Origin: Clostridiales bacterium
GTDB lineage: Bacteria; Bacillota; Clostridia; TANB77; CAG-508
DNA length: 64,000 nucleotides
Direction: 5' to 3'
NCBI GenBank assembly: GCA_019419955.1
Contig: JAHZIB010000005.1
Span: 2,167 to 66,166 of the forward strand
A program made the translations under genes and the position numbers. The notes beneath the pieces are model-generated. The model was not told where the DNA came from. It worked only from the letters and a program-made list of their open reading frames with translations, and did not search any database. Of the stretch, positions 10,871 through 20,879 are shown piece after piece (within the stretch, counting starts at the first letter, position 1; the number at the start of each line of letters is the position of its first letter).

Positions 10871-10889
10871 ATATAAACTTTTAATAAAG

Positions 10890-11321
10890 TTATATACCAA
10901 GCATTGTCATATTTTCAGCAATTGCATCAGCCGAAATATTTTCATCACTATTGTATTCTTTCCATTTTTCCTTGTTCCAAATTTCAATTCTAGTACCTAC
11001 ACCGATTATAGCAATTTCTTTTTCCATTTGTGCATATTCTCTTAGGTTACCAGCAATTAAAAATCTTCCTTGCTTGTCAATTTCGCACTCTGTAGCTCCT
11101 GATAAGAAAAACCTTACGAAATCTCTCGCATTCTTATTGGTAAGTGGAAGTGTTTTCAATTTTTCCTCAAAATTATTCCATTCAGCTTGTGAAAAACCAA
11201 ACAAGCACCCATCAAGTCCCTTTGTAATTATGAACTTTTCCCCTATGTCTTCTCTAAGCTTTGCTGGCATTATTAACCTGCCCTTAGCATCTAGAGAATG
11301 TTCATATTCACCGATAAGCAC
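10890..11321 (-). CDS. mraZ: Transcriptional regulator MraZ
   Basis: Duplicated SpoVT/AbrB-type halves ([14 protein letters not shown] and [15 protein letters not shown]). GTG start behind GAGGTG; first gene of the dcw cluster. Confidence 0.9.
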   Translation of the reverse strand: MLIGEYEHSLDAKGRLIMPAKLREDIGEKFIITKGLDGCLFGFSQAEWNNFEEKLKTLPLTNKNARDFVRFFLSGATECEIDKQGRFLIAGNLREYAQMEKEIAIIGVGTRIEIWNKEKWKEYNSDENISADAIAENMTMLGI

Positions 11322-11348
11322 TTTGTTTCACCTCACTTCATTTTCTAA

Positions 11349-11378
11349 CCACTTTCTACCACTTCTCTCCACTTCACT
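11349..11378 (-). promoter_or_regulatory. MraZ operator: direct GTGG repeats at exact 10-bp spacing
   Basis: The minus strand reads AGTGAA GTGGAGAGAA GTGGTAGAAA GTGGTTAG. CCAC lies at 11349-52, 11359-62 and 11369-72 on the plus strand, immediately downstream of the predicted -10. This matches the known MraZ-box architecture. Confidence 0.6.
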
Positions 11379-11381
11379 TAA

Positions 11382-11410
11382 ATTCTAATACAAGAATTAA
11401 TAAAATGCAA
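11382..11410 (-). promoter_or_regulatory. Sigma-A type promoter of mraZ
   Basis: TTGCAT (11410-11405), a 17-nt spacer, then TAGAAT (11387-11382) on the minus strand. Confidence 0.5.
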
Positions 11411-11613
11411 GTATTTTTTGAAAATTTTTTTATATTTTTTCTACTCAAACCCTTCTCTCTCTTGGTTTTATGGCAAACATCAGTTTTATAACTTGTCCTG
11501 TAAGTGCACTCTTATCTATATATCAGATGTCTCCCTAAATAAAACATTTTTCGAATTAAGCTCACAATTTTTTTCGAAATTATTTTGAATTTAGGGAACA
11601 CTGCTTTTTATAT

Positions 11614-12295
11614 CTAATCTATTGTAGTACTGGTTCTTCCTGTTCCAACAACAGCTTCTTGAAGTGACCTCCACGTATTACATCCAACAATTCCATCTGC
11701 TGAAAGCCCAGCTGAAGACTGATAACGCCTTACCGCATTTTGTGTAGCAGAACCAAATATACCGTCCAGACCACCAGTTCTATATCCTAAAGTATTAAGG
11801 TCATCCTGTGCAATTAATACATAATTACTTATACTGCCTCGTTTTATCTGTGGATAGCCTCCAGTAGAACAAGCAGGAGTTCCGGAACCTTTTATCAAAA
11901 TGAACCCAAGTTGGTGTCAAAGATATAGGTTCCACAAAACTCCATACCCCGGAATTATTAGCAGAATTCCATAATCTCGTCCTTTGAGTTTGACTAAGCC
12001 TCTGTCCAACATCAAATGCAGTACCTGCATAGTGTTGACTTTGATTTCCATGACCACCTTCCCAAGGTCTTTTAAATGCAAATCCAACTGGAATTGGTGC
12101 TCCAAAAATATACCTTTGGCTATTCCAACTTTGCATTGTTCTTTTAGTAGTCCATAATGTTGATGAATTACTCGACCCTCTAAATTCTCTCACTTTTAGC
12201 GTGCCATTTGTATTATATGGCATTGGTTCATCTTCTCCTCGGTAATATACTTCCATTCGGTCAGTATCGTTATTGAAAATAATTATCTTCGCCAT
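11614..12295 (-). CDS. Peptidase M15-type (D-Ala-D-Ala carboxypeptidase-like) cell-wall hydrolase with C-terminal peptidoglycan-binding domain; +1 frame break at in-frame CGG (11884-11882)
   Basis: The N-terminal ORF carries metal motifs SQHYAGTAFD and WVHFDKR. The C-terminal ORF (track 11614..11898) is a PG_binding_1-like repeat (LGYRTGGLDGIFGSATQNAVRRYQSSAGLSADGIVG). The two are joined by ...AGG TTC CGG AAC..., where skipping the C gives ...DKRF|GTPACSTGG. ATG 12295 lies behind GGGAGGA. Confidence 0.7.
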
Positions 12296-12474
12296 AAAAA
12301 ACAATCCTCCCATACCTATTATTTTTTATATATTATGAAAAAATTATTTTTTTGTTACTACTAATTTACAAAAAAATTCTTTTCCTATATAATTAATTGA
12401 AAATAAGCTAAAAAATATGGTCATAAAAATTATTTCTATTCAATATTTAGACTTTGAAAGGACTGAAATATTAT

Positions 12475-13080
12475 ATGGGAAAAGATTTATATAAACATAG
12501 AAACTCAAATTATTGTTACCCAGGTACAGATATATTGATTAACAAATTAAATATAAAAGATAAAAATACTTTACAAAAGTTTGAAGCCAAAATCACTGCT
12601 GCCAAACTTTTAGATTTAAGACAAAAAGGTATTATCGGCAATTTTAATGCTGAGCATCTAAGCAAAATACATAGATATCTCTTCGAAGACATTTACCCTT
12701 TTGCAGGCAAATTGAGAAATGAAAATATAGCAAAAGGCGTTTTTAGATTCGCTGAATGGGAATATGTTGAACCCGAGTTAAATAGATTGCTAAATGAGTT
12801 AAAGAACGAAAATTATTTATCAAATCTTTCTAAAGAAGTTTTATCTGAAAGACTAGCATATTATTTGTCTGAGCTAAATGTGCTACATCCTTACAGAGAG
12901 GGAAATGGTAGAACTATTAGAGAATTTATAAGAGAACTTGCCTTAAAAAATGAATATGTTTTAAACTTAAAGGATGTTTCTCCTAAAGAATTTCTTAATG
13001 CAAGCATTAAATCTATAGTAGATACTTCTGAATTATCAAAACTAATCTATATCTGCTTAGAGCATAATATAAATAAATAA
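12475..13080 (+). CDS. fic: Fic-domain protein (AMPylase-type Fido toxin)
   Basis: Canonical Fic motif HPYREGNGRTIREF (HPFx[D/E]GNGR) and a class-I-like N-terminus (YCYPGTDILINKLNI). Start placed at ATG 12475; the track TTG at 12454 has no SD. Confidence 0.8.
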   Translation: MGKDLYKHRNSNYCYPGTDILINKLNIKDKNTLQKFEAKITAAKLLDLRQKGIIGNFNAEHLSKIHRYLFEDIYPFAGKLRNENIAKGVFRFAEWEYVEPELNRLLNELKNENYLSNLSKEVLSERLAYYLSELNVLHPYREGNGRTIREFIRELALKNEYVLNLKDVSPKEFLNASIKSIVDTSELSKLIYICLEHNINK

Positions 13081-13178
13081 CCTTAATTCATGTTAATTGG
13101 CCTAAAGCACTAGACTTTTCGCCATTTTTATGGTATAATTATAGTATATTGATGTTATAAGTTTTGGAGGTAAAAACT

Positions 13179-13346
13179 ATGTTTAATGAAGAAATATTTA
13201 ATTTTAATATAGATAATATAAAGAACGATTTAGCAATTGAAGGTTTAGCAATTACTGAGCAGGACATATCTTTATTTAAACAATTTGCAAATGATGAAAT
13301 TGATATGCCTAATTTAATTCAAACAATCAAGAACGAGATTACTTAA
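13179..13346 (+). CDS. VbhA-like small protein (putative Fic antitoxin)
   Basis: 55 aa, ATG behind GGAGGT. It contains ...DLAIEGLAIT..., resembling the inhibitory xxxEG helix of VbhA-family antitoxins, with Asp in place of the usual Ser/Thr. Confidence 0.5.
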   Translation: MFNEEIFNFNIDNIKNDLAIEGLAITEQDISLFKQFANDEIDMPNLIQTIKNEIT

Positions 13347-13377
13347 ACTTCGTTATAATACTCCTTTATTAAAGTTT

Positions 13378-13408
13378 AAAGGGTGTCCTGAAAAATAGGA
13401 CACCCTTT
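13378..13408. terminator. Bidirectional hairpin terminator
   Basis: AAAGGGTGTCC-TGAAAAATA-GGACACCCTTT, between the convergent VbhA-like and sortase genes. Confidence 0.6.
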
Positions 13409-13459
13409 TATAATTATGTAGAAACATAATTTTTTTCGGCTTATTCTATATAGCTCAAT

Positions 13460-14179
13460 CTAAACTTCTCTACACTTTACAATTAATCTTTTTGTTCCAT
13501 AGTCTGTACATGTAATTAATGTAAGCTCTTTTCTCCCACCAGTAAGCTGACTTGTACATCTGGTGTCCGTAGGTTCAACAACGTACATGTTATACACTTG
13601 GTATTGCAACACTCTTCCTTTTAAATCCTCAACAGTGACAATATCTCCATATTCTAACTCATGTAGTTTACCAAACATTTTTCCATTTCTATAGTTATGC
13701 CCCACTATACAATAGTTGCCAACTTCATTTGGCTGTAAATCTTTTGGCCAATATTTATTCACTGAGATTTCTAGTAATTCATCAGATGTATCTGAAAGAA
13801 CAGGATAACTAATATCTATTTTTGGTATCGTTATTATAGCCTCTGTAGCATATGTATTACCATCAACTGTAATCTCTTCTTCTAAAGAATTAGTTGAAAC
13901 ATTTTCTTCTCTTCTGGAATCCTCTTCATTAAGTACAATTATAATAGGCTCATCTTCCATGTTCTGCTTTGTAGTACTATCTTCGTCTGGTTTTACCTCT
14001 GATAAAAGTACCTGAGACACTTCCTCACTTTTATTTCTGTCGTATTCAGCATATATGTAATAAGAAGATAATAGGCATACTAATAAAACAGATATAAAAA
14101 ACTCAATTTTATATATTTTTCTTTTTCTTTTCATTGCTGGTGTAACATACAATTTTTCAGTAACAAGAATTTGGTTCAA
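13460..14179 (-). CDS. Sortase-family transpeptidase
   Basis: N-terminal TM anchor, a catalytic His region (IVGHNYRNGKMFGKL) and the active-site TLITC motif. Confidence 0.75.
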   Translation of the reverse strand: MNQILVTEKLYVTPAMKRKRKIYKIEFFISVLLVCLLSSYYIYAEYDRNKSEEVSQVLLSEVKPDEDSTTKQNMEDEPIIIVLNEEDSRREENVSTNSLEEEITVDGNTYATEAIITIPKIDISYPVLSDTSDELLEISVNKYWPKDLQPNEVGNYCIVGHNYRNGKMFGKLHELEYGDIVTVEDLKGRVLQYQVYNMYVVEPTDTRCTSQLTGGRKELTLITCTDYGTKRLIVKCREV

Positions 14180-14236
14180 ACCTATACCTCCTTTTCACAA
14201 GATTACATAAATATTATATCATATTTTAGTTATTGT

Positions 14237-15100
14237 TTAAAGAGTTTTTGACATTAAATTTGATAATTTTGCAAATTGCTCCAAACTTAATGTCTCCCCT
14301 CTAACTTCTGCATCCAAGCCTAGTTCTTCAAATATTTCTGTAAGAATTTTTTTGTCTTTAACTATTCCCGAATTACTTATTCCATTTTTTAATGTTTTTC
14401 TCCTTTGCATAAAACTTGCTTTTATCAGTTTGAAAAACAATTCTTCATTTTCTACTAACACCACTGGTTTTTCTCTAATCTTTAGTTTGATAACTTCCGA
14501 ATCTACCTCAGGAGATGGTATAAATGAACACTTATCAACAAACTCTATTTTATCAGGTTCTGCATAATAATTTACGCTATATGTTATTGCACCGGACAAT
14601 TTATCTCCTGGCATTGCAGTAATTCTGTCTGCAACTTCTTTTTGTATCATTACAATTATACTTTCTATATTCAATCTTTCTTCTAAAAGCTTCATAATTA
14701 TTGGCGTTGTAATATAATATGGTAAATTAGCAACAATTTTTACTTCAGAAAATTCTTTTAAATTTTCACTAATTAGTTGTTTCATATTAACCTTTAAAAT
14801 ATCATCATTTATCAATAAAAGATTATTATATAAACTGAATCTATCATTTAATATTTTTATCATTCTCTCATCAAGTTCAATCCCTATAACTTTACCAGCT
14901 TTCTCAAGTAGTTTAGCTGTAAGTGTACCAAGTCCTGGTCCAATCTCTATTACAACACTATTCCTGCTTAAATCTGCAGAAGCAATAATGCTATCTATCA
15001 CATCGTCATCAACCAAAAAATTTTGACCTAATTTTTTATTTGCTTTAATATTATACTTTTTTAATATAAATTTTGTATCCTCTAAACTACTTGTAATCAA
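14237..15100 (-). CDS. rsmA: 16S rRNA (adenine1518/1519-N6)-dimethyltransferase
   Basis: LGQNFL motif, SAM-binding VIEIGPGLGTLT and NLPYYITTPI. Confidence 0.9.
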   Translation of the reverse strand: MITSSLEDTKFILKKYNIKANKKLGQNFLVDDDVIDSIIASADLSRNSVVIEIGPGLGTLTAKLLEKAGKVIGIELDERMIKILNDRFSLYNNLLLINDDILKVNMKQLISENLKEFSEVKIVANLPYYITTPIIMKLLEERLNIESIIVMIQKEVADRITAMPGDKLSGAITYSVNYYAEPDKIEFVDKCSFIPSPEVDSEVIKLKIREKPVVLVENEELFFKLIKASFMQRRKTLKNGISNSGIVKDKKILTEIFEELGLDAEVRGETLSLEQFAKLSNLMSKTL

Positions 15101-15231
15101 GTTATTAACACTCCCCTCATACAGATAAGTCTTAATAGTTTCACTAATAAGTTTAAACTTTATAATCCCATATCTCTGTATGTTAATTAAATTTTAAAAT
15201 ACGGTTTACTAACGTCAGCCTCTTCATTATT

Positions 15232-17505
15232 TTATTCCTCAATTTCTTCTTTAAGTATAACGTTTATAACTGTTCCTTCTTCTACTGATGTACCAGCTGT
15301 AATATCTTGGCTAGTCACTTTCCCTTCTCCAGAATACTTTATATTCAAATTCTTATTCTTTAAAACAGCCTTTGCCTCTGATAAACTCATTCCCTTTAAA
15401 TTTGGTACAGACTGAGATACCCTAGTATCATTATCCTCAGAATATAATCTTACCACTGAGCCCTCAATTAAAGCTGTTCCTGCTGCTGGCATTTGTTCTG
15501 TGACTATATCATCTGAGTTGCCTGAAATAATACACTCAAATCCTTGTTTTTCAATTATCTTCTTTGCCTCTGCCATAGTTTTATTCTTAACATTTGAAAG
15601 AGCTGTAGTCTCTGCTGATGACTCACTATCTGTTGTATCTGATTGAATTCCTAAGTAAGGTAACACTTCTGATAAAATTTGCGAAACCACTGGAGCTGCA
15701 ACTGTACTTCCACTATGGCTCTCTCCTTGAGGTCCATATAATGTAACAAGTATAACTACCTCTGGGCTCTCCACTGGAGATATAGCAGCAAAAGATGCAA
15801 CATATTTTTTCTCCTTGTCAGATTCGTCAGGTTCAGACGTACCTGTTTTTCCTGCAATACTATAACCTTTTACTTCTGCATACTTTCCTGTTCCACTATC
15901 AACAACTGTCTCTAGCATATCAAGCATTGTCTCTGAAGTTTCTTTTGAAACAACTTGTCTAACTTCTTTAGGTTCTATCGTTGTAATAGCTCCAGTATCT
16001 GTATTTTTTATTTCCTTAGCAATTCTTGGTTGAACTAAAACACCATCATTTGCAATTGCCGAAACAGCTGTAATCATTTGCAACGGTGTAACTCTAAATC
16101 TCTGCCCAAATGACATTGTTGCAAGCTCTACAGTTCCAACATCATCTATATCCCAAAAATATCCAGACCTTTCACCTGAACTTCCAGAATCACCAATATC
16201 AGCGAAACCAGTTGTATCAAAGAAACCAAAAGCGTCATAATATCTATATAGAGTTGCTGCTCCTATCTTTTCTCCCAATTGCATAAATGCAGGATTACAC
16301 GAATATTTTAGAGCATCTCTTAAACTTTGTGAACCATGTCCTGATGTATCTGAACAATTTATTTTAACTCCAGAAACCATTTGGTAACCCTCACATTCAA
16401 AAACATTTGGTTTATCAGCATTGACCAATCCTTCCTCTAATCCTACAGCAGCAGTTATAATCTTGAATACAGAACCTGGCTCATATGTTGATGTAATTGC
16501 TCTATTATTCCATGTCTCCTGTAATAAAGAATTCTTTTCTTCATCAGACATTTTTTTCCACTTTTTATCAGATATATAATCCAAAGTAAATGGAGAATTC
16601 AAATTATAATCCGGATAAGTTGCCATCGCTAAAACATCGCCATTATTAGGATTCATTATAATGACATTTCCTCCATCTTTGCAATCATTCTCCTCACACG
16701 CCTGTTTCAAATATTTTTCTGCTATCTGTTGTATATTTGCATCAATAGTAAGAGTTATATCATTTCCATTTTGAGGCGCAATATAAGTCTCGTTCTCATA
16801 TGGTATTAAATCTTGAACAGCATCTTGTGCAGACGTCACTTTTCCTGGAGTTCCCGTTAATATATCATTCCACTTAAGCTCCAAACCATAAAGTCCCTGA
16901 TTATCAGTACCACAAAAACCTATTAAACTTGAAGCTAAATTGTCATATGGATAATATCTTTTTGTATCACCATCAATATTTATTCCGCTATAAATATCAT
17001 TCGCTTGCATCCAATTTCTTAATTCTTCTATCTTGTCATTTTCTACTTTTTTAGCTATTGTAACATTAGTACTATCACTAGAAACTTTCTCTAAAGTCTC
17101 CTTATAATCCAAATCGAAAATATCTGAAAAAGCCTTTGACACCTTTTCTTTCAATTGTTTAGTCATTGCTTCAGCTATTTTTTCATCATCATTTTCAACT
17201 ACAATGCTAGTAGGGTCAATACTTACAGTATCAACCTGAGCACTAATCGCTAGAGCTTTTCCAGTAGAATCATATATAGTACCTCTTTTAGGGCTAATTG
17301 TCTTACTTGCAGTAAGTTGTCTATACATATCCTCTTTCAAATCAGCACCTTGCACAATTTGTAGCCAGCCCAATCTACCAATTAAAATTATAAATACAAC
17401 AAAAAATGCTATTAACATTCTTGCTAATCTCTCATTTATAGAAAGTATTTTTTTTCCACTATTCTTATGCGCATTAAATTTATATACATTTGTCTTTTTA
17501 TTCAA
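15232..17505 (-). CDS. Class B penicillin-binding protein (SpoVD-like) with two C-terminal PASTA domains
   Basis: SVFK, SCN and KTGT motifs, with two PASTA-like repeats at the C-terminus. Paralogous to the PBP at 6371..8587. Confidence 0.85.
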   Translation of the reverse strand: MNKKTNVYKFNAHKNSGKKILSINERLARMLIAFFVVFIILIGRLGWLQIVQGADLKEDMYRQLTASKTISPKRGTIYDSTGKALAISAQVDTVSIDPTSIVVENDDEKIAEAMTKQLKEKVSKAFSDIFDLDYKETLEKVSSDSTNVTIAKKVENDKIEELRNWMQANDIYSGINIDGDTKRYYPYDNLASSLIGFCGTDNQGLYGLELKWNDILTGTPGKVTSAQDAVQDLIPYENETYIAPQNGNDITLTIDANIQQIAEKYLKQACEENDCKDGGNVIIMNPNNGDVLAMATYPDYNLNSPFTLDYISDKKWKKMSDEEKNSLLQETWNNRAITSTYEPGSVFKIITAAVGLEEGLVNADKPNVFECEGYQMVSGVKINCSDTSGHGSQSLRDALKYSCNPAFMQLGEKIGAATLYRYYDAFGFFDTTGFADIGDSGSSGERSGYFWDIDDVGTVELATMSFGQRFRVTPLQMITAVSAIANDGVLVQPRIAKEIKNTDTGAITTIEPKEVRQVVSKETSETMLDMLETVVDSGTGKYAEVKGYSIAGKTGTSEPDESDKEKKYVASFAAISPVESPEVVILVTLYGPQGESHSGSTVAAPVVSQILSEVLPYLGIQSDTTDSESSAETTALSNVKNKTMAEAKKIIEKQGFECIISGNSDDIVTEQMPAAGTALIEGSVVRLYSEDNDTRVSQSVPNLKGMSLSEAKAVLKNKNLNIKYSGEGKVTSQDITAGTSVEEGTVINVILKEEIEE

Positions 17506-17621
17506 CCTTAGTATCTCCTTTGCTTAAAGATATTTATCCAATTTGTTGTATGTTTATATTAAACATAATTGCCCCATTTTATGTTTATATTTTATATTAC
17601 CCGCCCGAAAAAATCAAGTAA

Positions 17622-17647
17622 AAAACCGACATTTTTTTGTCGGTTTT
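17622..17647 (-). terminator. Rho-independent terminator of ftsH
   Basis: AAAACCGAC-loop-GTCGGTTTT with a T-run on the minus strand, directly after the ftsH stop. Confidence 0.65.
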
Positions 17648-17651
17648 CATA

Positions 17652-19469
17652 TTATAAGCTTTGCTCATTAAATATAGAATCAAATTCTTCTCCATCAATC
17701 TTTTCTTTTTCAAGAAGAACACCAGCTACTTTATGAAGCTTATCTATATTCTCTTTTAATATTGTTTCAGCTTTCTTATATGCAAAATCAATAATACTCT
17801 TTACTTCTTCATCAATTACTCCCGCTGTTTCTTCAGAATATTCTTTTGATTGTGCAAAATCTCTGCCTAAAAATACCTCTTCTTGGTTTTGTCCAAGAGT
17901 TATTGTTCCAACTCTCTCGCTCATACCATATTTAGTAACCATAGCTCTTGCAATTTTTGTAGCCCTTTCAATATCATTGCTTGCACCTGTTGAAATATCA
18001 TCTAATATCAATTTTTCTGCTACTCTACCTCCAAGAAGTGAAACAATATTTTCTACCATTTCCGTCCTAGACATAAATGATTTATCTTCAGTTGGTCTAT
18101 ACATAGTATAACCACCTGCCATGCCTCTAGGTACTATAGAAATTTGATGAACAGGGTCTTGTGTAGGTAAAAATCTACTAACAACTGCATGACCTGCTTC
18201 ATGGTAAGCAACCAATTTTTGCTCTTTATCACTTCTAACTCTTGTTCTTTTTTCTGGTCCCATAGTAACTTTAACCATAGCATCTTCAATTTCTTGCATT
18301 CCAATCTCTCTTAAATTTCTTCTAGCTGCAAGTAGCGCTGCTTCATTTAAAACATTCTCCAAATCAGCTCCTGAGAAACCTGATGTATTTTTAGCAATTG
18401 TTTTTAGGTCAACATCTATAGCTAATTTTTTCTTTCTACTATGCACTTCAAGTATTTGTTCTCTAGCTTTAACATCTGGACTAGATACTACAATTTGTCT
18501 GTCGAATCTTCCAGGTCTTAATAATGCCTTATCTAAAACATCTGGTCTGTTAGTAGCTGCTAACACTATAACACCCTCATTTACTGCAAATCCATCCATC
18601 TCTACCAATAATTGATTAAGGGTTTGCTCTCTTTCATCATGTCCTCCACCAAGACCAGCACCTCTCTGACGTCCTACTGCATCAATTTCATCTATAAAGA
18701 TTATACATGGAGCTTTTTTCTTAGCCTCATCGAACAAATCTCTTACTCTTGATGCACCAACACCAACGAACATTTCCACAAAATCAGAACCACTTATTAT
18801 AAAGAATGGTACTCCTGCTTCTCCAGCAACAGCTTTTGCTAATAATGTTTTACCAGTACCAGGCTGACCAACAAGAAGCACACCTTTAGGAATTCTTGCA
18901 CCCATATCAGTATATTTCTTTGGGTTCTTTAAAAACTCTACAATTTCCTCAAGCTCCTCTTTTTCTTCATCCACACCTGCAACATCATCAAATGTAACCT
19001 TATTCTTATCAGTTGGGCTCATCATTCTTGCTCTACTCTTGCCAAAGGACATAGTTTTGTTTCCTCCACCATTTCCCTGCGCTCCACTCATAAATAAGAA
19101 CCAGAAAATTAGGAAAATAATTAAAATTCCAAACGGAGTTAAAAGACTTAGTATAAATACCCAAACAGATTCAGATGCCTCTTTAACTGAAATACTTCCA
19201 GCTGTCATACTTTCCTGTAAATTATCCATTAAATTGTCTATGCTAGGAATATTTACCTGTTTTTCAAAATTTTCATCTTTAAGTTTAACCGTTGCAGTTG
19301 CTCCATCTGCTGAGAGTTCAATTTCTGATACATTTCCAGCTTCTATCTCTCCTAACAACTCTGAATATGCAAGCTTATTATTATCATTATCTAATATTGA
19401 CGTTAAAAGTACAACAAAAATTATACCTATAATAAGCCACATAGCTAATGTTTTTATTCCACTTTTCAA
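17652..19469 (-). CDS. ftsH: ATP-dependent zinc metalloprotease FtsH
   Basis: Walker A GQPGTGKT, the AAA second region of homology, and the zinc motif HEAGHA. Confidence 0.95.
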   Translation of the reverse strand: MKSGIKTLAMWLIIGIIFVVLLTSILDNDNNKLAYSELLGEIEAGNVSEIELSADGATATVKLKDENFEKQVNIPSIDNLMDNLQESMTAGSISVKEASESVWVFILSLLTPFGILIIFLIFWFLFMSGAQGNGGGNKTMSFGKSRARMMSPTDKNKVTFDDVAGVDEEKEELEEIVEFLKNPKKYTDMGARIPKGVLLVGQPGTGKTLLAKAVAGEAGVPFFIISGSDFVEMFVGVGASRVRDLFDEAKKKAPCIIFIDEIDAVGRQRGAGLGGGHDEREQTLNQLLVEMDGFAVNEGVIVLAATNRPDVLDKALLRPGRFDRQIVVSSPDVKAREQILEVHSRKKKLAIDVDLKTIAKNTSGFSGADLENVLNEAALLAARRNLREIGMQEIEDAMVKVTMGPEKRTRVRSDKEQKLVAYHEAGHAVVSRFLPTQDPVHQISIVPRGMAGGYTMYRPTEDKSFMSRTEMVENIVSLLGGRVAEKLILDDISTGASNDIERATKIARAMVTKYGMSERVGTITLGQNQEEVFLGRDFAQSKEYSEETAGVIDEEVKSIIDFAYKKAETILKENIDKLHKVAGVLLEKEKIDGEEFDSIFNEQSL

Positions 19470-19772
19470 ATCTAAAATTCCTCCTTTAGTTTTAAAGATG
19501 ATATCTTTAAAATTAAAATTTTATCCAATTTATTAAATATTTATAATAAATAGATTTCACCTTTGAACTATACCATATAAATTAAGTTATTGCAAGATTT
19601 TTTTTAAAACTGAATCGTTTTTTTTCAGTACATATTCTTTTTATTAATTTTTACTACTTACAGCTATTAATGTTGAAAACAAATAAGTATATATACTCTG
19701 GTGCAATTTAAACTGTGAGTTATAATCTGTTTTTCATCTAACTAAATCAATTCTCTTATTTAATTAATACAT

Positions 19773-20879
19773 TTATTTTTTATTGGTTTCATATTTTATT
19801 AAAATCTTCCCTTTACTCACTTTAACATATAAACCTTTTTTTGGCATCAAAAACTTATTACCAATATTATTTTTACATAGCTTTACTATATCATCAATAT
19901 GCACTTTCTCTATCCCACTGGTCTTTCCATAAACCTTTGCTATTGCATACAAAATTACTCTTGACCTAACTACCTCGTCCAGCATGTTAAATTTTTTCAA
20001 ATTAAGTACTACTAATTTATTGTTTTTTGTACTAAAAGTCTCTACATTAAAGTTATTGCCTTTTTCTTTATTTCTCTTATCATGCTTCTGAATAAAATTA
20101 TTCCCTTTTTCTTCATTCTTTAAACCTATATTTTTTTCCTCAATTAATATTTCTTTATACTCTTTTTGAACAATATTATCTATAAACCTTTCTTGTTCTG
20201 TAGCTAAGTTTGAAAGCCTATTTATTCCCTCCAAAATATTAGGATTAAACTCTTTTTGAATAAACGGAATAAGCATATTTCTTATTTTATTTCTAGTATA
20301 TATATTTTCTTCATTTGATTTATCATATTTCGGATTTAATTTTTTTTCCTTGCAATACTCTTCAACCTTTTTCCTTGAACATTCTATAATTGGTCTAATG
20401 TATTTTCCTTCTCTTACTTTTTCAATTCCTTTTAGTCCTGAAACAGAAGTTCCTCTAAGTAAGTTCATGAGTACTGTTTCTACATTATCATTGCTGTTAT
20501 GTGCAGTTGCAATTTTATTTGCCCCAACTTTTTGTGCTACTTCTTCAAAAAAACAATATCTAATATTTCTTCCAGCTTCCTCTATTCCAATCTTCAAATC
20601 TTTTGCCTCTCTCTCTACATCTACCTTTTTATAAAAAAACGCTATTCCTTTTTTATTACAACACTCTTTCACATATTCGGTCTCTTCGTCAGCCTCTGCT
20701 CTTATCATATGATTAATATGTGCAACAAATATTTCAATATTTAGTTTATCTTTTAGTGAATATAGACAGTTTAACAAAGACATTGAATCAGGTCCACCAG
20801 AAACTCCAATTACAACTTTATCTCCATTTTCTATCATTTTGTACTTTTTTATTGTTTCTAACACTTCATTCTCAAACAC
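19773..20879 (-). CDS. tilS: tRNA(Ile)-lysidine synthase
   Basis: PP-loop SGGPDS. At 368 aa it is relatively short, with an internal EKGNNF duplication. Canonical position upstream of ftsH, but with no hpt between them. Confidence 0.8.
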   Translation of the reverse strand: MFENEVLETIKKYKMIENGDKVVIGVSGGPDSMSLLNCLYSLKDKLNIEIFVAHINHMIRAEADEETEYVKECCNKKGIAFFYKKVDVEREAKDLKIGIEEAGRNIRYCFFEEVAQKVGANKIATAHNSNDNVETVLMNLLRGTSVSGLKGIEKVREGKYIRPIIECSRKKVEEYCKEKKLNPKYDKSNEENIYTRNKIRNMLIPFIQKEFNPNILEGINRLSNLATEQERFIDNIVQKEYKEILIEEKNIGLKNEEKGNNFIQKHDKRNKEKGNNFNVETFSTKNNKLVVLNLKKFNMLDEVVRSRVILYAIAKVYGKTSGIEKVHIDDIVKLCKNNIGNKFLMPKKGLYVKVSKGKILIKYETNKK

